The position numbers and the translations under genes were made by a program. The notes under the pieces were generated by a model. That model did not search any database, was not told the origin of the DNA, and was given only the letters and a program-made list of their open reading frames with translations. From Gemmatimonadota bacterium (GTDB lineage Bacteria > Gemmatimonadota > Gemmatimonadetes > JACCXV01 > JAHWKZ01), in NCBI GenBank assembly GCA_035699465.1, contig DASSPT010000042.1, forward strand, positions 1-51,907: DNA of 51,907 bases, given 5' to 3'. Within the stretch, counting starts at the first letter, position 1. The number at the start of each line of letters is the position of its first letter. Shown in pieces: positions 39,007 to 46,593 of this stretch.

Positions 39007-41406
39007 TCAATCCCGGTCGGTCGTAGCCGCCGGATCGGTGGGGCCGCCGAGGTGTCGGGCGAAGAAATCGGTCAGGGCGGAGAAGAGGGCGATGCGGGCG
39101 GGCGGGTCGCCGATCGCGTGGCCGCGGCCCGGGAACACGTGGACCTCGGGCGCGCGGCCCGCGGCGATGAGCGCATCCACCAGGCGTTCGCTGTGCACGG
39201 GGTGGACGTTGTCGTCGGTCGTGCCCCAGGCGAGGAACAGCGGGTCCCGAACGGCCCCGACCACCGGAAGCACGGACGTCTCCTCGTACCCCTCTTCGTT
39301 CTCCGACGGAAGCTCCATGTAGCGCTCGGTGTAGGCGGTGTCGTAGTCGCGCCAGTCGCTGACCGGCGCGACGGCGGCCGCAGCCGCCCACGTCTCCGGC
39401 TCCTGGACGAGCGCGCGGGCGGCCATGAAGCCGCCGTACGACCAGCCCCAGATCCCGGTGCGGGTCGAGTCGGCGGCGGGTTCGTTCCGCCACAGCGCGC
39501 GCACGCACGCGGCCTGGTCCTCGCTCTCGAGGATCCCGAGCCGCTCGTGCACGAGCTCCACCCATGCCTTGCCGCGCGCCCCGGTCCCGCGCCCGTCGCA
39601 CGACCACACGAGGAAGCCGCGCTGCACCATGAGCTGGTGCCACAGGCCGCGGCCGCGCGACAGCCAGTCGTCGACGACCGTTTGCGATCCGGGCCCGCCG
39701 TAGGTGAAGGCGATCACGGGATAACGGCGCTCCGGGTCGAAGTCCCGGGGGCGGTAGAGCATCGCGGGTAGCGAGTCCTCGCGCATCCCGCCGTCGTCGT
39801 CGATCGGGCGCACCCACAGGAACTCGGGCCGCACCAGACCGTAGACCGCGAGCCGCCGGGGGTCGTTCTCTTCGATCCACGCGAGTCGCTCGCCGGTGTC
39901 CGCGTCGCGCGTGGAGACGGAAGGCGGACGCGTGGCCGTGGACCAGGTGTCCACGTAGCGATCGCCCTCGGGCGCGAAGGATACCTGGTGCCAGCCGGGC
40001 TCGCGGCTGACGCGCTGAAGAGGCGGGGTCCCGGTCTGCGCCTGTGCGCCCGAAGCACCGCCCTCCGCCCGCCCGCGCGCGCCCGAGCCGTCGAGACGCG
40101 CCCGGTACAGGTGCCGCTCGAACGGTCCCGAAACGTGCCCGGTGAAGTAGAGCCAGCCGGCGTCGGAATCCACGTGGGCGATCGACGCCACCGACCAGTC
40201 TCCGGCGGTGACCGGATGCGCGAGCCGGCCACCCGCGTCGTAACGGTAGACGTGCTCGTGTCCGGAGCGCTCGCTGACCCACAGGAAGCCGCCGTCGGGA
40301 AGCCACAGGGGGTCGTCGCCGATGCTCACCCATTCGTCGTCGCGCTCGGCGAAGAGCGTGCGCGTCACCCCGGTCACGGCGTCCGCATCGAGAACCCGGA
40401 GCTCGTTCTGGCTCCGGGGCAGGACCTGGGCGACCAGGCTGCCTCCGTCGGGCCGCCAGGCGACTCGCGCCAGATACCAGTCGGGACCCGTGGGGATGTC
40501 GATGCGGACGGCGGGAGCCGCCGAGTCGGATGGGGTCAGGGAATCCACCCGCGCCACCCACAGGTTCACCGTCGCATTGGGGTCCCCCGGTCGAGGGTAG
40601 CGCTGGCGGGTGAGACCGCCGTAGTCGTCGCGATAGTCGGCGAGCGCGAAGACCGGGACGTCGGACTCGTCGACCTCGGTGAACGCGATCCGGCTGCCGT
40701 CCGGGGACCACCAGTGGCCGCGGCGCCGCCCCAGCTCTTCCTGCGCGATGAACTCCGCGACGCCGTACGACACGGTGTCGCTCGCCCCGGCCGTCAGACG
40801 GCGCGTCGCCCGCGTTCGAACGTCGAGGAGCCACAGATCTCCGTCTCGCACGAACGCGATCCGCGGTCCGTCGGGCGAATAGCGTGGGTCGAACTCGGGG
40901 GCCGGAGTGTCGGTCAGGCGGCGGGTCGTGCCCGCCGTCGCGTCGTGCTCGTAGAGGTCGCCCGAGACCGGAACGAGGATGCGGCCGCCGTCGGGGGACC
41001 ATTGATAGGATGTGATGCCCCGGGCCGAGAGGCGGAGGCGCTCCCGCATCGCCTCCTCGGCTTCGCCGAAGGTCTGGCGCTCGCCCCCCAGCAGCTCCTC
41101 GATCCCGAGCAGGCGCCGGCGCTCGCCGGAGGCCGGATCGGCCAGCCAGAGGGCCAGCACCTCGTCCCCCGTCACGCTGTCGCGCGAGGCGGGCGCCAGG
41201 AAGGCGACGGCGCCGCCGTCGGGCCGCCAGGTCACCTCGCGGAGCAGCTCGCCGTCCGGGCCAGGAGGAGCGAAGATCCCCCTCGCGGTGAGCGATTCGA
41301 CCGGCGCCTGCGCTCCCGCGCGAGGCGGCGGGCGGTCGTCACGATCGCATGCGGCCGCTCCGAGCGCTGCGGCGAGACATAGAGATAGGAGGCGCCGGCA
41401 GCTCAT
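39007..41406 (-). CDS. dipeptidyl-peptidase IV family serine peptidase (S9B) lipoprotein
   Basis: DPP-IV N-terminal beta-propeller region plus an alpha/beta-hydrolase domain with GWSYGG. The start is taken at ATG 41406 (MSCRRLLSLCLAAALGAAAC lipobox); the track ORF extends to 41538. Confidence 0.85.
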   Translation of the reverse strand: MSCRRLLSLCLAAALGAAACDRDDRPPPRAGAQAPVESLTARGIFAPPGPDGELLREVTWRPDGGAVAFLAPASRDSVTGDEVLALWLADPASGERRRLLGIEELLGGERQTFGEAEEAMRERLRLSARGITSYQWSPDGGRILVPVSGDLYEHDATAGTTRRLTDTPAPEFDPRYSPDGPRIAFVRDGDLWLLDVRTRATRRLTAGASDTVSYGVAEFIAQEELGRRRGHWWSPDGSRIAFTEVDESDVPVFALADYRDDYGGLTRQRYPRPGDPNATVNLWVARVDSLTPSDSAAPAVRIDIPTGPDWYLARVAWRPDGGSLVAQVLPRSQNELRVLDADAVTGVTRTLFAERDDEWVSIGDDPLWLPDGGFLWVSERSGHEHVYRYDAGGRLAHPVTAGDWSVASIAHVDSDAGWLYFTGHVSGPFERHLYRARLDGSGARGRAEGGASGAQAQTGTPPLQRVSREPGWHQVSFAPEGDRYVDTWSTATRPPSVSTRDADTGERLAWIEENDPRRLAVYGLVRPEFLWVRPIDDDGGMREDSLPAMLYRPRDFDPERRYPVIAFTYGGPGSQTVVDDWLSRGRGLWHQLMVQRGFLVWSCDGRGTGARGKAWVELVHERLGILESEDQAACVRALWRNEPAADSTRTGIWGWSYGGFMAARALVQEPETWAAAAAVAPVSDWRDYDTAYTERYMELPSENEEGYEETSVLPVVGAVRDPLFLAWGTTDDNVHPVHSERLVDALIAAGRAPEVHVFPGRGHAIGDPPARIALFSALTDFFARHLGGPTDPAATTDRD

Positions 41407-41515
41407 CGGGGGGAACGCTAACGCGCGTCCGGGGCCGGCAGCAATCGCAGTCATGCCCGCGCGCGGACGCGGAGCCCGCGGTACACTTCCAGCGACCTCC
41501 GAAGGAGTCGCGCCG

Positions 41516-43573
41516 GTGCACACCCACCACGAGCACATGGAACCAGACGCGGAGGAATCCGCCTCGCGAGCTGCGCATGAGGCGCACGCCGGTCATGACG
41601 CGCACGCCGGGCACGACGCGCATGCCGGACACAGCGTGGCGATGTTCCGGCGGAAGTTCTGGGTCTCCCTCGCGTTGACGATCCCCACCGTCGTGTGGGG
41701 ACACATGCTGGCCCCCTTGCTGGGCATCCATGCCCCCGCGTTCCCGGGCTCCGCGTGGATCGCTCCGGTCTTCGGGACGGCGGTCTTCCTCTACGGCGGC
41801 GGCGTGTTCCTCGAGGGTGCCTGGCGGGAGTGGAAGCGCCGGCTTCCCGGCATGATGACGCTGATCTCGCTCGCGATCGGGGTCGCCTTCGTGTTCAGCC
41901 TGGCGGTCACCCTCGGCTATCCGGGGATGCCTCTCTGGGAGGAGCTGGCCACCCTCGTGACGATCATGCTCCTCGGCCACTGGATCGAGATGAAGTCGAT
42001 CGCGCACGCCCGAGGGGCGCTCGGGGAGCTGGCGAAGCTCCTCCCCGACAAAGCCGTTCGAATATCGGGCGACAGCACCGAGGAGGTGCCGGTCGAGGCG
42101 CTCCGCGGGGGGGATCTCGTCCTCGTCCGACCGGGATCCTCGATTCCCGCCGACGGTCTCGTACGCGAGGGGGCGAGCGACGTGAACGAGGCCATGATCA
42201 CGGGCGAGTCCCGTCCCGTGGAGAAGAGCGAAGGGGAGGCGGTCATCGCCGGAACGATCAACGGCTCGGGCTCGCTCCGGGTCGAGGTCACGAAGACCGG
42301 CGAGCAGACCGCGCTGGCGGGCATCATGCGGCTCGTCGGGGAGGCCCAGAGCTCCCGCAGCCATGCCCAGGACCTCGCCGACCGGGCGGCCCTCTGGCTG
42401 ACGATCGTCGCGCTCGCCGCGGGGGTGCTGACGCTCGTGGCCTGGCTCGCCATCGGCTCGGAGACCGCCTTCGCGGTCGAGCGCCTGGTCAGCGTGCTCG
42501 TCGTCGCGTGCCCGCACGCCCTCGGCCTCGCGATCCCGCTCGTCATCGCGATCTCGACCACGCTCGCCGCCAAGCGCGGGCTCCTCGTGCGGGACCGCCG
42601 CGGGCTCGAGCTGGCGCGCGAGCTGGACATGGTCGTCTTCGACAAGACGGGGACGCTCACGCGGGGCGAGTTCCGGGTGGTGGAAATCGCGGTTGCCGGA
42701 GTCGGCGAGGACGAAGCCCTGGCGCTCGCCGCCGCGGTCGAGCGGGACTCCGAGCACACGATCGCTCGCGGAATCGTGCGGAGCGCGGACGAGCGCGGGC
42801 TCGAGGTCCCGCGGGCGACGGGGTTCCTGGCGATCCCCGGCAAGGGCGTGCGGGCGCGCGTGGGGACGCGCGAGCTCCTGGTCGGGGGCCCGGGCCTGCT
42901 GGCAGCGCACGGCGTGATGCTGACACCCGATCTGGCCGCCGCCGCCGACGGGTTTGCGTCCCGAGGCCACACCGTCGTCTTCCTCCTCGAGGGGAACCGT
43001 CCGCTCGCGGCGCTCGCGGTTGCCGACGAGATCCGGCCGGAGTCGCACGAGGCGGTGGCCCGGCTGCACGCGCAGGGGGTCGACGTGGCGATGCTGACGG
43101 GAGATTCGCGGACGGTGGCCGAATCGGTGGGCAAGCAGCTCGGAATCGACGTCGTCTTCGCCGAGGTGTCCCCCGGGGAGAAGGTCGAGCGGGTCCGGGA
43201 GCTCAAGGCCTTCGGCGGCCGCATCGCGATGGTCGGAGACGGGGTGAACGACGCTGCCGCGCTGCTCACCGCGGATATCGGGATCGCGATCGGCGCGGGC
43301 ACGGGGGTCGCGGTCGAGGCCGGCGACATCGTCCTCGTCCGAAGCGACCCCCGGGACGTGGGGCGGGCGATCGATCTGTCGAAGGCCAGCTATCGCAAGA
43401 TGGTGCAGAACCTCGTGTGGGCGGCAGGCTACAACGTCGTCGCGATCCCTCTCGCGGCCGGCGTTCTGGCCAATCGGGGAATCCTGCTACAGCCGGCCGT
43501 GGCCGCGATCCTGATGTCGGCGAGCACGGTGATCGTAGCCCTCAACGCGCAGCTCCTGCGAAGGCTGGAATAG
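41516..43573 (+). CDS. copB: P1B-type heavy-metal ATPase, CopB-like (CPH motif, His-rich N-terminus)
   Basis: GAAGGAG lies 8 nt upstream of GTG 41516 (alternative ATG 41537). His-rich N-terminus VHTHHEH...HEAHAGHDAHAGHDAHAGH. TGES, the transmembrane CPH motif (VVACPHALGLAIP), DKTGTLT and GDGVNDAAAL are present. There is no CxxC HMA domain. Confidence 0.85.
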   Translation: MHTHHEHMEPDAEESASRAAHEAHAGHDAHAGHDAHAGHSVAMFRRKFWVSLALTIPTVVWGHMLAPLLGIHAPAFPGSAWIAPVFGTAVFLYGGGVFLEGAWREWKRRLPGMMTLISLAIGVAFVFSLAVTLGYPGMPLWEELATLVTIMLLGHWIEMKSIAHARGALGELAKLLPDKAVRISGDSTEEVPVEALRGGDLVLVRPGSSIPADGLVREGASDVNEAMITGESRPVEKSEGEAVIAGTINGSGSLRVEVTKTGEQTALAGIMRLVGEAQSSRSHAQDLADRAALWLTIVALAAGVLTLVAWLAIGSETAFAVERLVSVLVVACPHALGLAIPLVIAISTTLAAKRGLLVRDRRGLELARELDMVVFDKTGTLTRGEFRVVEIAVAGVGEDEALALAAAVERDSEHTIARGIVRSADERGLEVPRATGFLAIPGKGVRARVGTRELLVGGPGLLAAHGVMLTPDLAAAADGFASRGHTVVFLLEGNRPLAALAVADEIRPESHEAVARLHAQGVDVAMLTGDSRTVAESVGKQLGIDVVFAEVSPGEKVERVRELKAFGGRIAMVGDGVNDAAALLTADIGIAIGAGTGVAVEAGDIVLVRSDPRDVGRAIDLSKASYRKMVQNLVWAAGYNVVAIPLAAGVLANRGILLQPAVAAILMSASTVIVALNAQLLRRLE
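41582..41635 (+). repeat. three imperfect tandem 18-nt repeats encoding (AHAGHD)x3
   Basis: The units are gcgcacgccggtcatgac / gcgcacgccgggcacgac / gcgcatgccggacacagc. They are in frame within the copB N-terminus. Confidence 0.85.
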
Positions 43574-43655
43574 GCGTTCCGGTCACGATGGGCGAATTCC
43601 CCCACACGCGATCGTGGGATTCCACCGACAGATCGGCGGGTTGGAGAGGACTAGG

Positions 43656-43666
43656 ATACCGGGTAT
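43656..43666. promoter_or_regulatory. candidate operator ATACC-G-GGTAT overlapping a candidate -10 (TATGCT) upstream of the small ORF and cusCBA
   Basis: The palindrome shares its outer half-sites with the CsoR-type site at 51361-51377. It has the same position relative to a -10-like hexamer. TTGGAG lies 17 nt upstream. Confidence 0.35.
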
Positions 43667-43685
43667 GCTTGGAGTCACGCGAGCG

Positions 43686-44009
43686 ATGAGGGTCCTGGTC
43701 GCGGTCGCGGTCCTCGGGATCGGGCTACTCCCCTGCCTGGTATGCGCTCCCGAGTCCGGGCGGCCGGCGATCCGCGCGGAAACCCCGTGTCACGGAACCA
43801 CGCCTCGAGTCGAGTCGGTATGCGCGGATGACCTCGGCGTCCGAATCGCGGTCGCCCCCATCCTTTCGCTCGCAATCGCTCCCCCTCCGCCATCCGTTCC
43901 CGAGCTCGTCGCGGGCTCGTTGCGGACCCTCGCTCGACCCAGGAGCGAGCCGATCTCTCCGGGGGACGGCCCTCCCCTCTGGCTCCGCCACGCCTCCCTG
44001 CTGGTCTAG
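43686..44009 (+). CDS. hypothetical small membrane/secreted protein (107 aa) preceding cusCBA
   Basis: ATG 43686, an N-terminal hydrophobic helix with LPCLVC, a PCHG motif, high GC3, and a Pro-rich C-terminal half. No family assigned. Confidence 0.45.
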   Translation: MRVLVAVAVLGIGLLPCLVCAPESGRPAIRAETPCHGTTPRVESVCADDLGVRIAVAPILSLAIAPPPPSVPELVAGSLRTLARPRSEPISPGDGPPLWLRHASLLV

Positions 44010-44092
44010 AAGCTCCTCCTTCTGAATGCGTCGGCAGGGGGCCGGATTTTCCGGCCTCGCTCTCGCTCGTTCCATCGGAACGGAGGAACACC

Positions 44093-45412
44093 GTGGGTTC
44101 TCGAATCCTACTCGTCGCCGCGGCGTCGATCGCCTTGACGGCGGCATTCAGCCGACCGATTCCCGTCCGCGCGCAGGAGGGCGCGGGCTCCGCAGGCGAG
44201 CTCCGTCTGGAAGGGGTCTACGCGCTCGCGGCCGAGCGGAATCCGCGGATCGCCGCCGCGACGGCCGTGGCCGATGCCTCTGCGACCATGGTCTCCTCCG
44301 CCGGCCTGCCGCCCGACCCCGTCTTCCAGATCGGGGCCATGAACCTGCGACTGCCGGAGTTCGAGGCGAACATGGAGGCGTCGATGGCGCCATCGCTTCA
44401 GCTCATGCAGATGGTTCCCTTCCCGGGCAAGCTGGGTCTCTCGGAGCGGATCGCCCGAGGAACGAGCGAGATGGCGCGTGCGAACGCCGAAGAGACGGCG
44501 TGGATGATCCGGACGGAGGTCGCGATGGCGTTCTACGACCTGTACGCGGCCGACCGCCAGATCGAGGTGATGCGAAGGACTCTCCGGATCCTCGAGGACT
44601 TCGAGCAGGTGGCCCGGGCGATGTACGGCGCCGGCACCGGGCGGCAGAGCGACGTCCTCCGAGCGAACGTCGAGATCGCCCGCATGGAGGCGGAGATCGC
44701 CCGGATGACGGCGATGCGGGAGGTCGCCGCGGCGAAGCTCAACGGGCTGCTCGTCCGCCCCGCCGAGACCCCCGTTCCGTCGCCGGTCCTCCCCGACCTT
44801 CCCGCCGCCATCCCTGCCCGCGACACCCTGCGATCGTGGGCGGACGCGACCCGTCCGATGCTGCTGGAGGCGAGGACCGCTGTCGAGCGCGCCGGGGCGG
44901 CGCGCGATCTGGCGCGCAGAGAGCTCTGGCCAGACCTCGCGCTCGGCGTCCAGTACGGCCAGCGCGACGCGGGCATGGGCCTCGAGCGCATGGGGAGCTT
45001 CATGGTGGGGTTCAGTCTTCCCGTATTTGCGGGAAGCCGTCAGCTACGGATGCGGGACGAGGCGGCGGCGATGGAGCGGATGTCGGTGGCCGACCTGTCG
45101 GAAACGCGAGCCGACATCGACGCGCGGATCGGTGAGCTCCTCGCGGAGCTCGACCGCGCGCGCACGCTGATCGACCTCTACGAAGGCACGATTCTCCCGC
45201 AGGCCGAGGCCAACGTGGAGTCGTCGTATTCCTCCTATCGGGTCGGGAGCGTCGATTTCATGACGCTGGTCGACGCCCGGATGACCGTCAACCGATACGA
45301 GCAGGAGTATCACCAGCTCCTCGCCGACTACGGCATCGGTGTCGCGGAGCTCGAGGCGGTCGTCGGACGGGAGCTGCCGCCCGGTCCGGGGTCGCTCGCG
45401 GAGGTCCGATGA
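44093..45412 (+). CDS. cusC: outer-membrane efflux protein (TolC family, CusC/CzcC-like)
   Basis: GGAGGA SD before GTG 44093 and a signal peptide. The two-repeat OEP architecture is present. It is the first of three efflux genes. Confidence 0.8.
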   Translation: MGSRILLVAAASIALTAAFSRPIPVRAQEGAGSAGELRLEGVYALAAERNPRIAAATAVADASATMVSSAGLPPDPVFQIGAMNLRLPEFEANMEASMAPSLQLMQMVPFPGKLGLSERIARGTSEMARANAEETAWMIRTEVAMAFYDLYAADRQIEVMRRTLRILEDFEQVARAMYGAGTGRQSDVLRANVEIARMEAEIARMTAMREVAAAKLNGLLVRPAETPVPSPVLPDLPAAIPARDTLRSWADATRPMLLEARTAVERAGAARDLARRELWPDLALGVQYGQRDAGMGLERMGSFMVGFSLPVFAGSRQLRMRDEAAAMERMSVADLSETRADIDARIGELLAELDRARTLIDLYEGTILPQAEANVESSYSSYRVGSVDFMTLVDARMTVNRYEQEYHQLLADYGIGVAELEAVVGRELPPGPGSLAEVR

Positions 45413-46593
45413 ACGCGCGGAAACAGGTCCTGGTGTCCATCGGCCTCGTAACGGCTGCCGCCATCGTGGTCGCTCTGGTGACTCTGGGAAGGGGCGGGGA
45501 CGCGGCGGATGGCGGGGAGCGAGGTCACGACCATGCGGCGAGCTCCGGAGACGAAGGAATCGAACGGTCTCCGGTCCGGCTGGACGCCGCCGCCGCGCGC
45601 CGGATCGGCGTGGGGTACGCGACGGCGGAGCTCAAGGTAATCGACCACACGGTGAGAACGGTGGGGACCGTCACCTACGACGAGACCCGGATCGTGGACG
45701 TCGACCCCAAGGTCGAGGGATGGGTCGAGCGTCTCTACGTCGACTTCACGGGAGCCCCGGTTCGCCGCGGGCAACCGCTGCTGGCGGTGTACAGCCCCAT
45801 GCTCGTGTCCGCGCAGGAAGAACTGATCCTGGCCCGCCGTCTGTTCGACGAGTCGGCCGTCGATCCGCAGGGTCGCGCCCTCGAGCGCGCGGAGCAGCTC
45901 CTCGAGGCCGCGCGCCGCCGGCTCGCGTATTGGGACATCCCGGCCGGCGAGATCCGGCGCGTCGAGGACACCGGCACCCCGACCAAGACGCTCACTCTCA
46001 CGTCGCCGGCATCGGGGTTCGTCGTCGAGAAGAGCGTGTTCGAGGGAGCGCAGATCGGCCCGGGAATGAACCTCTACCGGATCGCCGACCTCTCGACCGT
46101 CTGGGTCGACGGGGAGGTGTTTGAGAAGGACCTGGGGCTCGTCCGCGAGGGTCAGGCGGCGCGGATCACGGTCCAGGCGTATCCCGGCGAGACGTTCCGG
46201 GGGCAGGTGACGTACGTCTACCCGACCGTGACGATGGAAGCCCGGACCGGCCGGGTCCGGGTGGCGCTGGCGAATCCCGGTCTTCGGCTCAAGCCCGGGA
46301 TGTACGCCGAGGTCGAGCTCGAGGTGTCGGCCGGGGACCGGCGGCTCGTCGTGCCGCGGGGCGCCGTCCACGCCACGGGGGAGCGCTCGTGGGTCTTCCT
46401 CCAGACCTCCGAAGGAACCCTGATCGCTCGTGAGGTCACCACCGGCCTCGTGGCGGGCGGAGACATCGAGATCCTGGCCGGGCTCGAGGAGGGCGACTCC
46501 GTCGTCGCCTCGGCCAACTTCCTGATCGACGCCGAGTCGAGCATGGGATCGGCGATCGACGCGATGCCGGGCATGGACATGGAGGACGACTGA
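45409..46593 (+). CDS. cusB: RND efflux periplasmic adaptor (CusB/CzcB-like)
   Basis: ATGA overlap with cusC. N-terminal TM helix. HlyD-type lipoyl/beta-barrel motifs (VDPKVEGWVERLYVDF.G..V..GQPL). Confidence 0.85.
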   Translation: MNARKQVLVSIGLVTAAAIVVALVTLGRGGDAADGGERGHDHAASSGDEGIERSPVRLDAAAARRIGVGYATAELKVIDHTVRTVGTVTYDETRIVDVDPKVEGWVERLYVDFTGAPVRRGQPLLAVYSPMLVSAQEELILARRLFDESAVDPQGRALERAEQLLEAARRRLAYWDIPAGEIRRVEDTGTPTKTLTLTSPASGFVVEKSVFEGAQIGPGMNLYRIADLSTVWVDGEVFEKDLGLVREGQAARITVQAYPGETFRGQVTYVYPTVTMEARTGRVRVALANPGLRLKPGMYAEVELEVSAGDRRLVVPRGAVHATGERSWVFLQTSEGTLIAREVTTGLVAGGDIEILAGLEEGDSVVASANFLIDAESSMGSAIDAMPGMDMEDD

